Shown here: piece by piece, positions 36,796-47,065 of the stretch
How positions within the stretch are numbered: position 1 is the first letter of the stretch
Layout: every line of letters starts with the position of its first letter
Source: an uncultured virus (IMG/VR IMGVR_UViG_3300047160_009708)
Taxonomy: Duplodnaviria > Heunggongvirae > Uroviricota > Caudoviricetes
Reading direction: 5' to 3' (one strand)
Length of the DNA: 64,000 nt
IMG/VR virus record: IMGVR_UViG_3300047160_009708
Program-made: the position numbers and the translations under genes
Notes under the pieces: generated by a model
What the model saw: only the letters and a program-made list of their open reading frames with translations
What the model was told of the DNA's origin: nothing
Databases searched by the model: none

Positions 36796-37695
36796 TCAAC
36801 CTCCCCGGCCACCGCCGCGCATGGCACGGCGCATACCAGCCCCGGTCAGCCCCCAGAGCGTGGTGTTGAGCGGCGGCGCCACGCGTCCTCCTCCTTCACC
36901 GATCAGCCGCCGCCACTCCGCGATCGTATCCGAGAACGCATTCGCCGCGCCGGCGCCGAAGAGGTTGCGCACGCCACCGGTCATGCCCTGCAACCAATCC
37001 AACATGGCGGGCATGCCGCCCGTGCCCATGACCGAGTTGAGCGCGTTTTGCATCCAGCCGACGGATTGCGACATGATGTGACCAACGATTGTGGAAACGT
37101 CGGCATCCCACTTGGCGAAATCATTACGGGTGCGCTGTACAAAGATATCAAAACCTTTCCACGATTCTTGCATGCGCTCCACGGACTGGCTGAGCGCGAC
37201 GGCACTGGGCGCGATCGCCTGCGCCATGTCGAACCGGCGCATCATCTCGCCCAGGTTTTCCTGAATCGCCTGCGCCATCATCTGGGGTGAGTAGATCATC
37301 AGGGACCGGTTGCGTTCATTAGCAGCCTCGGCGTCGCGCCTGATGTTGGCCGCGTACGCGATCGCCTGGCCCGCCATCAAGCCGACCGCGACGCCAGCCC
37401 CCTCAGCGGCGGCCCCCAAGATACCCATCGCCATACTGACCTTCGCCGCGTGCTTTTCCAACTCCTCAGAACCGGCACGGGTGGCAGTACCGCCGCCAGC
37501 GCCTTCACCCACCGACTTGGGTACCGCGTGCTCAATGTCGCGCGTCTTGCTCAAACCCTGCTGGAGCACATTGTGCTGGGCCTTGGACGCCTCGCACACG
37601 CACGCCAGCCCCGAGGTGATCGCATTGAGCAACTCGCGCTCGGCGGTGACGCTATCGCGCAGCGTCGCCACAATCTCGTCGCAGACATCAGCCAT
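36796..37695 (-). CDS. Short tape-measure-like protein
   Basis: Follows the frameshifting chaperone; Ala/Gly/Met-rich and helical with a hydrophobic segment; only 299 aa. Confidence 0.55.
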   Translation of the reverse strand: MADVCDEIVATLRDSVTAERELLNAITSGLACVCEASKAQHNVLQQGLSKTRDIEHAVPKSVGEGAGGGTATRAGSEELEKHAAKVSMAMGILGAAAEGAGVAVGLMAGQAIAYAANIRRDAEAANERNRSLMIYSPQMMAQAIQENLGEMMRRFDMAQAIAPSAVALSQSVERMQESWKGFDIFVQRTRNDFAKWDADVSTIVGHIMSQSVGWMQNALNSVMGTGGMPAMLDWLQGMTGGVRNLFGAGAANAFSDTIAEWRRLIGEGGGRVAPPLNTTLWGLTGAGMRRAMRGGGRGG

Positions 37696-38014
37696 AGCGG
37701 CTCACCGGTCGCTCCCTCATGCTGCGCTCGCTTTCAGCGACGGCCCTGGCCGCTTCGATCGTGCGGCCCAGGTGTTCGATCATTTCCTCGTCCTCACTCA
37801 TGGCGTCGAGCACAATCGGGTCCGGCTGCGCGCCGAAGCCGATCGCTATGCCACGGGCGACCTCCGGCGCGGCCAGAGCTTGGGCGCGTTTGCGGTTAAA
37901 GGCAAGTCCGCAATATTCGGTGTAGGTGAGGGGGGCATTGCCTCGGCTCCCATACCCCCAGGGACACCAGCCGTAGACGGCGAGATCGGCGGCGAAGGTT
38001 CGGAATTTTTTTTT
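37688..38014 (-). CDS. Tail assembly chaperone -1 frameshift extension (gpGT-like)
   Basis: The -1 frame KKKFRTFAADLAVYGWCPWG... is open from the A9 run to the tape-measure start. Confidence 0.7.
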   Translation of the reverse strand, partial: KKKFRTFAADLAVYGWCPWGYGSRGNAPLTYTEYCGLAFNRKRAQALAAPEVARGIAIGFGAQPDPIVLDAMSEDEEMIEHLGRTIEAARAVAESERSMRERPVSRYG

Positions 38015-38382
38015 ACGTCGCTCACCCACGCGATGTACTCGCGGAACACCTTGAGCACCGCCAGGTCCGTGAGCCCCGCGCCGGTCACGCGATCAAACGG
38101 CGGGATCGATAGGATCTCGCGATAGACCGGGACCAGCTTGCCCATGTCCTCGGCGGCCAGTTCCAGGTTGTAGCGCGGATTCGCTGACCCGTCCTCAAGC
38201 GTGCGCGAACTGGTTTCCGCGATGCGCTTTTGAATCGCATCCAGGTCGTGCTCGGCAATCAAGCGCACGAACCGCCGCGAAATCTCCATCGGGTCGGCGT
38301 AAACCGTGCGATAGGTGCCGTTCGCATCCTTGGACCCATCCTGATATGCGAAGATCCGCATATCCTCCTCGGTGAACATCAT
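37846..38382 (-). CDS. Tail assembly chaperone (gpG-like)
   Basis: Lies between tail tube and tape measure; contains GTA AAA AAA AAT (VKKN) slippery site at 38006-38014. Confidence 0.75.
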   Translation of the reverse strand: MMFTEEDMRIFAYQDGSKDANGTYRTVYADPMEISRRFVRLIAEHDLDAIQKRIAETSSRTLEDGSANPRYNLELAAEDMGKLVPVYREILSIPPFDRVTGAGLTDLAVLKVFREYIAWVSDVKKNSEPSPPISPSTAGVPGGMGAEAMPPSPTPNIADLPLTANAPKLWPRRRSPVA

Positions 38383-38395
38383 GAGGCTAATCCTA

Positions 38396-39007
38396 TCAGG
38401 TCGGGGTCGGCAGCGTGCCCAGGCCCATAAGGCTCTGGTCCCAGAGGGTCGCCTGCGCACCGTAGTTACCGATCGTGAACTTGTTGATGGCGCGCATCGT
38501 GACCTGGATCTTCTTGACCCGCGTACTGATCGAGACGTCGTGCGTTGCCGTCATCCAGGCGAGCGGGAAATGGTACAGCTTGATCATGTTCGTGAAAACC
38601 GTCTTGGTGTTGTAAGGACAGTTGAGCACGAAATCAATTGCATTCTGCTCCAACTGATAGAGCGCGCCGAGCGCCTGGGGTGGAATAAAGCCGGGCGTCT
38701 GATTGCCGGAAATACCGTGCAATTGATTGGGCAGGAAGGACGCGATCTTCTTGAAGACGACCTCATCATAGCGCGCCAGGGTACCGGCGATACTGGCGCT
38801 TGTCCCCATAAATTGCACATCGTGTGGAATCATGGGGCCGCCCAGATCGGTGCGCACCTCTTCCTCGGCGACACTGAACGCGATGCGGGTGTCGCCCTCG
38901 CAGACGCCCAGGTATTCCATTGGGTTGCTCAGGTCGTTTGACGTGCCGACGTACCAGAACGTGGGACCGCCGACGTAAAAGCTCTGTGTCCCGATTCCTA
39001 CTGGCAT
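38396..39007 (-). CDS. Major tail (tube) protein
   Basis: 203 aa; YLGVCEG..RI.F...V.TDLGGP.IPHDVQFMG.SA.I...L pattern; position before the chaperone. Confidence 0.7.
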   Translation of the reverse strand: MPVGIGTQSFYVGGPTFWYVGTSNDLSNPMEYLGVCEGDTRIAFSVAEEEVRTDLGGPMIPHDVQFMGTSASIAGTLARYDEVVFKKIASFLPNQLHGISGNQTPGFIPPQALGALYQLEQNAIDFVLNCPYNTKTVFTNMIKLYHFPLAWMTATHDVSISTRVKKIQVTMRAINKFTIGNYGAQATLWDQSLMGLGTLPTPT

Positions 39008-41088
39008 TAGCGGTGCCTCCCCATCGGGTACCGTGGGATGCGATATTCACCATGAGCCCCTTGTGGGTGTCCCAAGTCTTCGAGCCGCTCGATTTCGCGG
39101 CCCTTGATACCGAGAGCCTCGTGGTAATCGCGGATCGGACGTCCCGCCACGGCACCGGCCGCTTCCATTTCCATCGATCTCCGAAACGCGTTGTAGTCCG
39201 GGCGCGGATAGTTGGGATCGCCGCCGCGCACGTGGTCGGCGTCGTAGAGCGGACCGGCGGCGGGCATCACGTTGCGCGGGGTTGGAATGTTCACGCGCCC
39301 GCGCCCGCCTTCCAGGGTGTTGAATAGCTCCCGACGCCCACCCTCGGCACCACGCCGGGCATCTTCCGCTGCGCCGGTCGCACGACCCTCGGCCTGAATC
39401 TCTTGCAATCGACGCGCGTTGTACTCGTGAGCCCGAGCAGCGCCCATCGCCTGGACTTGTGGAATGGTGAGCGCAGGTCGAACATTGCCAGGACCGCCAC
39501 CGACGTCTGGCATGTCGCGGACTTGAGGGCCAGGACGACTTACACTAGCTGCGCCGACTTGCGTTGCACGCGGAGCAACCGACCTAGGATCACTGGGGTC
39601 GCGCTCACCGACAGCCGATCGCAACGCGTCTTCTTGTGCCAGCGCGGCCATCGTGGCATCGACCAGTGGATCGTGCTTCCACCCGCCCTGGGCCTCAAGT
39701 TTCGCCCACCGATCCGCCTCCAGTGCCCTCGTTTGCACCTTGCGATACTCGCGACCACTGAGAGTTGCGTCGGGGTTATTGGTCATTTCCCGTTTATGCC
39801 TTAGCTCCTCACCGAGCATTCGCCTCAATGTCCCCCCTGCCTGTTCGACAATGCGGCCACCACGAGGACCGACGGCGCCACCCTGTATGCCAACGCCCCC
39901 GAGCGCACCACCAATCAAGCCCTTGGCGAATCCACCAAGTACGCCAGCGCCACCCTCTGGCTTGGGAGGTTCCGCGCCACCCTCTGGCTTGGGAGGTTCC
40001 GCGCCACCGGCCGCCCCTGGCTTGGCAACATCACCCGCCGCCGCTGGCTTGCCAACAGCACCGGCTGGCGGTGCGACTTCAATGAATCGCGGCGCCATAC
40101 CACCTAACTCTTTGCTTCTTTGTTTTTCGCCAGGAGTTAGTGGCGTCATCCCCGCGAGCCCACCGCCAGCAGCCCGCCCTTGTTGTTGGGCTCTGAAAAG
40201 TTGTCCGAATTGTTGAGCCGCGTTCAGACCGGGAGCAGCAGCGCCGATGGCAAGTATCGGTCCTCCGACCGCCTGCGGCTTCTGATCGCCGCCGCCGCGT
40301 TCACCGGCTGGAGCCGGTGCAAGCTGGGGCTGTTGACCCAGCTTGGCCAGTTCGTCGGGATGCTTTCTGAAATGTGCAATTGTCTCGTTAGCGATCACTC
40401 CGTAACCTGATGCCGGTCTGTTCTCGCGCGACCACGCGGATTCCGACGCCTTTTGAGCGAGATCCGCCGGATCGGAAATCCCGGCCATTCGGCCTTTGGT
40501 CGTACTCGGATCAAACTGTGTATGAACCTGCGCCTGTTCCCACGTTAATGGGCTGCCCGCTGGTGTCAAGCCAACCCGCTCTGCCCCCTTTTGGGGATTG
40601 AGATTTCGAACCGACGCCGCTCCACTACCTGCCACTTGATAGCGCTCGACACCCATCGGCGGGCCGTGTTTGCGCGTGTACCGGCCCGGTGTCGGCGGCG
40701 CGGTTTCCGCTGGCCCGGCCGTCGGTGCCGCGCTACCGATCGGCGCGCGTGAGCCGATGCCGCCCACGTTGCCCATGAACCGCGATCCTGATTCGACGTT
40801 CATCGCTCTGTTGAACGACGTTTGGGGACCGCCGCCACCCAGCATCGTTGGTTGTCGCGACGCGCCGATGGCGGCTGGCATGGACGGCTGCGCGAACGTG
40901 CCCGGACCACCGACCATCCCCGGACGGCTCGACGCCGTGCCCAGGCCCGCGCCCGGCACGCCCAGCGCTCCACCGCGCGGACCGCCGCCGCCCATGTCGG
41001 TTGCGCGCCCGGCGAAATCGCCTCGCGGCGTCTCACCCATCTGGTACCGGCTCACCCCCATCGGCGACCCATGCTTTTGTGTTGCCAT
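39007..41088 (-). CDS. Gly/Ala/Pro-rich putative internal (ejection) protein C
   Basis: 693 aa; KHG(S/P)PMGV(S/E)RYQ twice; tandem GGAEPPKPE repeat at about 39948-40007. Confidence 0.65.
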   Translation of the reverse strand: MATQKHGSPMGVSRYQMGETPRGDFAGRATDMGGGGPRGGALGVPGAGLGTASSRPGMVGGPGTFAQPSMPAAIGASRQPTMLGGGGPQTSFNRAMNVESGSRFMGNVGGIGSRAPIGSAAPTAGPAETAPPTPGRYTRKHGPPMGVERYQVAGSGAASVRNLNPQKGAERVGLTPAGSPLTWEQAQVHTQFDPSTTKGRMAGISDPADLAQKASESAWSRENRPASGYGVIANETIAHFRKHPDELAKLGQQPQLAPAPAGERGGGDQKPQAVGGPILAIGAAAPGLNAAQQFGQLFRAQQQGRAAGGGLAGMTPLTPGEKQRSKELGGMAPRFIEVAPPAGAVGKPAAAGDVAKPGAAGGAEPPKPEGGAEPPKPEGGAGVLGGFAKGLIGGALGGVGIQGGAVGPRGGRIVEQAGGTLRRMLGEELRHKREMTNNPDATLSGREYRKVQTRALEADRWAKLEAQGGWKHDPLVDATMAALAQEDALRSAVGERDPSDPRSVAPRATQVGAASVSRPGPQVRDMPDVGGGPGNVRPALTIPQVQAMGAARAHEYNARRLQEIQAEGRATGAAEDARRGAEGGRRELFNTLEGGRGRVNIPTPRNVMPAAGPLYDADHVRGGDPNYPRPDYNAFRRSMEMEAAGAVAGRPIRDYHEALGIKGREIERLEDLGHPQGAHGEYRIPRYPMGRHR

Positions 41089-41104
41089 GATGCGATGTTC
41101 CTAC

Positions 41105-42379
41105 TTAGATGGTGTAACCACGGCGCGGCGCGCGTTGTTTTGCGGCCTCAGCCAGCGCGATGTGTTTGAGCGCCTGGCGGCCTTCCGCATCCTCGTAGGC
41201 TGCTGCGGGCGCGCCGTGTGCGGGCGCGACGGGCGTGTCGGCGCCGGGTTTCGGCGGCGCGCCTGCGGCCCCACCGCCGAGTAGCTCGCGGGCGCGCGCG
41301 ATTTCATCGGGAGTGAGCGGCGCGACCGCTCCAGGGACCGCCGCACCGGCAGCGCCCACGCGCGGTAGCCGCTTCGATCGGCCCGCCTTTTCGTCGGCCG
41401 CCTGCTGCTCTGCTGCCATGTCTCGGAAGTGCGCGGCGCGCTGGAGCATTTGCAGTCGCGAATAGGGACGTCCCTGTTTATCGCGGATCTCAATTCCACT
41501 GTCGGCGGCGGCATTCCAGAGGTCCGCGTTGCGGTGGAGATCCTCAGCGGACGGGATTTCTGCTAACCCGCGCGCGGCTGCCGGCGCGGCCTGTTGGCCT
41601 GCTTCCGGCATGCCACGCTCGCGCCTTTGCCTGGCGCTTAATCCGTGCTGTTGCTGCTCAGTGAGTGGCGCCACGAACGGCTGATTCGGTTTCAAACCGC
41701 CGGGATTCCAACCCCCCATACGCGCCCTGACAATATCCTTTTCTCGTTGTGTTAAGTCCCCTTTGCGGATCGCCTCTTCGGCCTCCGGCGTGAAGATCGG
41801 CCTGAGCCGACCACCGCGCTCGTCGCGTCCGACCCCGCCGACCATGAAGTCAGGCCGCTGCGCTGCCAGTCGTGGACCTCCTGCCACGTTTTCCTGCCGT
41901 TCGCGTTCGCCTTCCGCTAAAGCGCGCAGCCGTTTCTGATTTTCCTCCCATGCTGCGTCACGCACTGGACGACCCGCTGGACCACCTGGCGCGATGCCTC
42001 CGCGCGCGGGCGCGGCTGGCGCCGGTGGCTCGGGCACGGCCTCGGTCAAGTTGGGATTCCACTGGTCGGCGGCTGCCGGCGCGGCGGCTGGCTTTTGTTC
42101 AAGTGGGCTCGGCGCGGGCGCCGTCGCTGGCGCTGCCGCCGGTGCTGGCGCTGCCGGTGCAGCAGCAGGCGCGGCGGCGGGCGCTTGTCCCTCAAGTTGA
42201 CCGGCACGTCCGGCTGCCGACAGTCGGCCGCCACCCGGCACGGCCTCGGGAATTTCTTTTTGCTCAATCACGTCGTTCTGATAACGCAGCACCCCCAGCG
42301 GCGCACGCGCGCTGCCGGTCCTGGGCGCAGCCGACGCCCGCATGCGATTGACACCGAGTGGGAAGCGATCATGAGCCAT
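41105..42379 (-). CDS. Ala/Pro-rich putative internal protein B
   Basis: 424 aa; N-terminus DRFPLGVNRMRASAAPRTGSARAPLGVLRYQ shared with 42382-44472. Confidence 0.65.
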   Translation of the reverse strand: MAHDRFPLGVNRMRASAAPRTGSARAPLGVLRYQNDVIEQKEIPEAVPGGGRLSAAGRAGQLEGQAPAAAPAAAPAAPAPAAAPATAPAPSPLEQKPAAAPAAADQWNPNLTEAVPEPPAPAAPARGGIAPGGPAGRPVRDAAWEENQKRLRALAEGERERQENVAGGPRLAAQRPDFMVGGVGRDERGGRLRPIFTPEAEEAIRKGDLTQREKDIVRARMGGWNPGGLKPNQPFVAPLTEQQQHGLSARQRRERGMPEAGQQAAPAAARGLAEIPSAEDLHRNADLWNAAADSGIEIRDKQGRPYSRLQMLQRAAHFRDMAAEQQAADEKAGRSKRLPRVGAAGAAVPGAVAPLTPDEIARARELLGGGAAGAPPKPGADTPVAPAHGAPAAAYEDAEGRQALKHIALAEAAKQRAPRRGYTI

Positions 42380-42381
42380 GA

Positions 42382-44472
42382 TCAGCGCTGACCTCGATCG
42401 CGTTCAGATTCACCGTGATTGACGTTCCACTGCGCCTTCTCCGCTTGATTTTCCAGGTACTTCAAGTACGCGGTCGCCCCTTTCGCCGACAGTGGGCGTC
42501 TCGTATCGGGGTGGCGCAGCGATCGGCCATGCTGGAGCGCGGTGTACGCGTCCTCGTACGCCTTAGCCGTGCGCGCGGCTTCGTGTTGCTCGGGAGTCAG
42601 TGCACGACCGGGCGCGGCAGCCCGTGCTGCTAAATTCGCAGGCGCGCGTGCAGTACCTTCCTCTGGTGCGGCGGCACGCCTGGCCTCGGCTCTCGCGCCC
42701 GCGCGTTCGTTCGCTTCGCGGGCCTCATCATTCGCGATCTGATGCCCACGATTTCTCAAGTCCCTTGCTATTGTAAACATCTGCTCACGCGATAGCAGGT
42801 TGCCTTGCGAGTCGCGTAGCTGTAACATGCCGGGACGCCTGGCGGCGGCTTCCCACTGAGCCGCTTGCCTGCCGAGGTCGATCGACGAGGGGCGCGTCGG
42901 TCCCACTGGCTCACGCGGACCCCTGAATTCAGGCTCACCCGGCCTTGGCGCGACGCCACCCTCCTGCGCCTGACCAACTGCCGACGTTGCCACCGCGCCG
43001 CGCAGGCCCATGCCGATACCTGGTCCGGCGCCGCCGCGCTGAGCGATTGGGTCGTACGGGTCTGCTGGTGGACTTATCTTCTTGCGTTCCTTGACTTCAG
43101 GGAGCAACCCCTCTCGCGGCTCTGGCGGCGGCCACGGTACCCACCGATCGCCTGGCTTTTGCGGTACCGGCGCTTGTGGTAATCCCGTGGCAAGATCCCT
43201 TTTCAGTTGCTCATCATACTTCGCTCGCGCGGCTGCCGATTTAGCCTCCGCAGCCCGATGTTGTTCCGGTGTCACTGGGCCTCGGAAGAAAATCTCACCC
43301 GGTACCGGCGCGTAACTTCTCGGCGTCTGACCAACTGCCGACGTCGCCACCGCGCCGCGCAGACCCATGCCGATACCCGGTGCGCGTCCCTCATCGCGTG
43401 CTGCCACCCGGCCGAGCGGTCCGAGCCCACCGGATCTTTCCCGTGCCGGAACGTCCTCTCTTGGAATCGCACCCCCAGCGTCCCAGCCTTCAGGCAGCCC
43501 TCTCTGTGGTGCTAATGGCCTAGTGGGCGTGCCAAGTGGCTGGTCCCGGTAGTCAATGACGAAATCGGGACGTTGAGGATTAAGCGCGTTAATTCCGACA
43601 CCCTGAGCCATACCGCGCAGGCTTCTCCATGCTTGCCGCGCACCTCCGACCTGTTCTCCCGGTGGCAAGAATCGCGGTACCGGCGCGTTCCAGCGACTCG
43701 GCGGTTCCTCGCCCAGTCCGCGTCTAGCTTCTGCCATCGCGTGAAGCCCCTGCCCGCGACTTTCATTGAGCGCCTTGCGTTGCGCCATGATCTGCGTGTC
43801 GCCGTACGATTGCGGCCGTGCCGTGGCTTGTGGTGCGCGCTCCAGTGGACTCGGCGCCGGTGCTCTTGCGCCCGCCGTCGGTGCCACCGCGCCCGGTGCA
43901 ATCGGGGTCGGCTGCTCTTTTGCAAGCGGTGTGGGCGCGGCGGCTGCGCCTGCCGCCGCTGGCTCTGCTGGCGGATTGAGACGGTCGGCCGCGCTCCTCA
44001 TGCCTCCCAGCGCTCCCGAGCCCGCCGGTGGCGCTAGCGGATCTTTCGTATCGGCCGTCTGATAGCGCTCGACCCCAAGCGGCGGCCCATGCTTGCGCTC
44101 GAACCGCATCATGCGCGGGTCAAGCCTCGATTCATAAGCCTGTTGCTCCCACCATGTTGGCATGTGCTCATGCCGCGCTGCCTCCATCTGAGGAATGTAG
44201 GACGGGTACGACATCAAGTCGCTTCGCGGCGATGGCAGAAACGGCTGACCTTCCTGCGTGACGCGGCGATCCTCGCCCGAGACGAACCCCTTGACAATCG
44301 ACTTCAACATCGGACCCAGGAACGCGCCGCGTTCGAAATCGCCCTCAAACTCGCGCATGCGCTCGCTCGCGTAGCGCGTGACCCCGAGCGGCGACTGTGC
44401 TGATCCGGTCCGGGGCGCGGCCTCAGCGCGCATGCGGCTAGCGCCGAGAGGGAAACGGTTCGAGTCTGGCAT
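42382..44472 (-). CDS. Ala/Pro-rich putative internal protein A
   Basis: 696 aa; NRFPLGASRMRAEAAPRTGSAQSPLGVTRYA, KHGPPLGVERYQ; internal duplication PGIGMGLRGAVATSAVGQ. Confidence 0.65.
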   Translation of the reverse strand: MPDSNRFPLGASRMRAEAAPRTGSAQSPLGVTRYASERMREFEGDFERGAFLGPMLKSIVKGFVSGEDRRVTQEGQPFLPSPRSDLMSYPSYIPQMEAARHEHMPTWWEQQAYESRLDPRMMRFERKHGPPLGVERYQTADTKDPLAPPAGSGALGGMRSAADRLNPPAEPAAAGAAAAPTPLAKEQPTPIAPGAVAPTAGARAPAPSPLERAPQATARPQSYGDTQIMAQRKALNESRGQGLHAMAEARRGLGEEPPSRWNAPVPRFLPPGEQVGGARQAWRSLRGMAQGVGINALNPQRPDFVIDYRDQPLGTPTRPLAPQRGLPEGWDAGGAIPREDVPARERSGGLGPLGRVAARDEGRAPGIGMGLRGAVATSAVGQTPRSYAPVPGEIFFRGPVTPEQHRAAEAKSAAARAKYDEQLKRDLATGLPQAPVPQKPGDRWVPWPPPEPREGLLPEVKERKKISPPADPYDPIAQRGGAGPGIGMGLRGAVATSAVGQAQEGGVAPRPGEPEFRGPREPVGPTRPSSIDLGRQAAQWEAAARRPGMLQLRDSQGNLLSREQMFTIARDLRNRGHQIANDEAREANERAGARAEARRAAAPEEGTARAPANLAARAAAPGRALTPEQHEAARTAKAYEDAYTALQHGRSLRHPDTRRPLSAKGATAYLKYLENQAEKAQWNVNHGESERDRGQR

Positions 44473-44477
44473 CGTAA

Positions 44478-45023
44478 TTAGCCTATGGCTGCGGACCCGC
44501 GTGGAATACCGAGCACGTACGGCGCCCGAATCCCCCAGGAGCGCGTGTTGCGCGTGATCAGGTTGAGCCGGTCGATCTCTTCCTGCGTGTAGAACGAGTC
44601 GTAGGCGATACCCGCCGCCGCCGCTTCCGCGAACGGCAAAATGCCCATGCCGCTGCCAAGCGCCTTAAGCCATTGCTGCGCCTCCTGCGCCTCGGGCAAT
44701 GCCGCCGCGTCCGGGAATCGCCGGTGGTAGAGCCGATCGGCCGCGATCGAGCACACCATGTCCTTCAGGAATTCGGCACCGTTGCCGGTCAGGGCCGCCA
44801 AATCCTGTGGCGTGTACCGCTGCCCAGCAACGCAGGCCATCTCCACGATCCCCGACGCCGTGGCCAGCGCTGAGCGCAGATTGGGGTCGGTCTGTAAATC
44901 GATGCTCGTGCTCTGGCCGTTGTCGTCGCGCACGAGCCAGCCTTGCAGCCGCACGTCGAACCGGGCGATCATGTCGTTCGGCGTCGCGTACGGATTGAGC
45001 CCGCTAATCGAGGTTTGCGGCAT
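44478..45023 (-). CDS. Head-tail connector, Mu gp36/DUF1320-like
   Basis: YATPNDMIARF...ALATASGIV...RYTP...L.DMVCSIA...LY.RR...AQQWLKAL..G; directly after the major capsid gene. Confidence 0.8.
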   Translation of the reverse strand: MPQTSISGLNPYATPNDMIARFDVRLQGWLVRDDNGQSTSIDLQTDPNLRSALATASGIVEMACVAGQRYTPQDLAALTGNGAEFLKDMVCSIAADRLYHRRFPDAAALPEAQEAQQWLKALGSGMGILPFAEAAAAGIAYDSFYTQEEIDRLNLITRNTRSWGIRAPYVLGIPRGSAAIG

Positions 45024-45059
45024 GCGGGTTGCTCCGTGGTTTTAGGTCCGCGCCGCCGC

Positions 45060-46136
45060 TTATCCGAGCGCGTGGTTCATGAGGTAGCCGCTGTTGAAGT
45101 TGGACACAACCACCGTGAAGTTCGTGACCACGCGGCCACGGGTTAACAGGTTGTTGACGTCATGATATGACTGCACCGTCATGTCGTCCTGGCAGTAGAA
45201 CGTGAGGATGGTCGAGTAGGCGGGCGAGCCGCCCACGCCTTCGAGGACGCCAATGCGCGACGCCATGAGCACCACGCCGTCGGGTACGACGTAGCCGGTC
45301 GTGTCGGGCGTGGCGCCCTTCAAGTTGATATCAATGACCGCATCCTCGACCACGAACGGATGCGCGTAGAGCACGTCGGGACAGCCCCACATGCCATTCA
45401 AGGATTCCGAGTCGCCGCGCAACTGCGCCTGGACGAAGGGAGATCCTTTGATATAATCATGGATCTCCGGCGACTGGGCCATCTGATAGGCCGTGTTGGG
45501 ATTGACGATGACCGCCACGTCCTTGGGCTTCAGCACGCCCAACGTGTCCTGGTTGATCTTGATCATGCCCGCGTTGATCGCGATCTGAATGTTGGGGTTC
45601 GTGGACGAGCCGTTCTTGAAGTTTTGACCGCTGGGCAAGAGCGCCGCGTTGCCGTTGAGCGTACCGGCGCTGCCATCGACCATCGCGCAGTGCGTGTTCC
45701 AGTTGGCAGGCACGCCCCACTGGCTGTAGGCCAGCGCCGTGCGGCCGGTCATGGCCTGCTGCGCCACCATCTCGGCGTGCGCTTGCAGTACCGGCCAGTC
45801 GGCTTGACTGATCGTCATATCACCGAGCGTGAATGGGAACGCGTAGCGAATCGTCTCGTACTTGTTGTACTGGAACGATTCCAGGTTGTCCGCTCCGCTC
45901 GGCGCGTCGTTGCCGTCGCGCCACATGAAGTCGCGCAGGTCGTTGTTGTGAATACGCGCGGCCTGGCGGCTGGTCCAGGTGGCGTAGTAGCCGATCATGT
46001 TGGGCACCGGGAAAATCTGGCTGTACCGGTTGAACGCGAAATCCTTGGGATTGCGCGAGAAACCCGTGAGCAGCCCGCCCGTGGCCGCATGGTTCGGCAC
46101 GTAGACGTTGGTAACTTGAGGATAACTCGCTGGCAT
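45060..46136 (-). CDS. Major capsid protein
   Basis: 358 aa in the canonical position after protease/scaffold and decoration genes; composition fits an HK97-fold capsid protein. Confidence 0.8.
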   Translation of the reverse strand: MPASYPQVTNVYVPNHAATGGLLTGFSRNPKDFAFNRYSQIFPVPNMIGYYATWTSRQAARIHNNDLRDFMWRDGNDAPSGADNLESFQYNKYETIRYAFPFTLGDMTISQADWPVLQAHAEMVAQQAMTGRTALAYSQWGVPANWNTHCAMVDGSAGTLNGNAALLPSGQNFKNGSSTNPNIQIAINAGMIKINQDTLGVLKPKDVAVIVNPNTAYQMAQSPEIHDYIKGSPFVQAQLRGDSESLNGMWGCPDVLYAHPFVVEDAVIDINLKGATPDTTGYVVPDGVVLMASRIGVLEGVGGSPAYSTILTFYCQDDMTVQSYHDVNNLLTRGRVVTNFTVVVSNFNSGYLMNHALG

Positions 46137-46203
46137 TTATAGCAACTCCTGCGCGACCGATGGCGCGCGTCTTGATGTGAATGAAACCACCGCGCACCAC
46201 GGC

Positions 46204-47010
46204 TCACAGGTGGTAGAAGATGTAGAGCGTGCCAACCAGCGCGGTCGGCGTAGTACCGGTGGCCAACGTCCACGTCACCCAGCCACCTGGAGCAACTGGC
46301 AAGCGGCTCGTGCCAGTGCCAGCATCTTTGATGTTGTCGTAGACGACTGGCACCGCGCCAGCGTTCAAGGTGACACCGACGCCTTGCATAAGTCCGCCGT
46401 TTGCAGCCGGTGGACCAGGAGGCGCGGTTGTGCCAACTTGCAAGGTCGATGCAACGGCTGTTGCAGTCGTAATAAGCACCTCGATGCGATCGACAACGAT
46501 GGTCGTACCGGTGGTGTTCTGCCACGAGTTCACGTTGCCGGTCGCCAACGTGGTCGCGTTCAGTGGGAACTGAAGACTAGCCACGCCGCCGCCAGCGGTG
46601 CCGCCGCCGAACAGTTGAATCTGCACCAGGCCGACCTGGCCCGCCGGGACCGATTCGAGAGCGCGCGCGCCCACCGCCCCGGCGCCGGGCGTGATCGTCT
46701 GACCGTATCCCAGCGCGTCGGGACCGAGGAAGTCGCCCCGCGTCCAGCCCGCGCCTGATGGGTTGTTTTGCAACGAGCACACGTCGCCGATCACGAAATA
46801 CTGGATCGGCACGCCCGCGATGCCCGCGTACGCCGTGGACCCGGACAGACCGGGCGCGTCGTGCGTGCCGACCTGCGCAACCCCGAACACCGGATCGTTC
46901 AAGGCGCATTGCAACAGCGTCTTGTCCGCTGCGGTCGAGAGTTTGACAAACGACATGGGCAGGACGTTCCCGCCACACGTCAACGATGGAGGATTTCCAT
47001 AGCTGCTCAT
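46204..47010 (-). CDS. Capsid decoration/cement protein with a C-terminal extension
   Basis: FVKLS, VFGVAQ, GWTRGDFLGPDALG.G, VGARALE motifs; directly before the major capsid gene. Confidence 0.75.
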   Translation of the reverse strand: MSSYGNPPSLTCGGNVLPMSFVKLSTAADKTLLQCALNDPVFGVAQVGTHDAPGLSGSTAYAGIAGVPIQYFVIGDVCSLQNNPSGAGWTRGDFLGPDALGYGQTITPGAGAVGARALESVPAGQVGLVQIQLFGGGTAGGGVASLQFPLNATTLATGNVNSWQNTTGTTIVVDRIEVLITTATAVASTLQVGTTAPPGPPAANGGLMQGVGVTLNAGAVPVVYDNIKDAGTGTSRLPVAPGGWVTWTLATGTTPTALVGTLYIFYHL

Positions 47011-47065
47011 GCGTTAATCCTTACCCCTCTGGGTCTTGGTATGGAAAGGAACACGTCCCGAGCGT

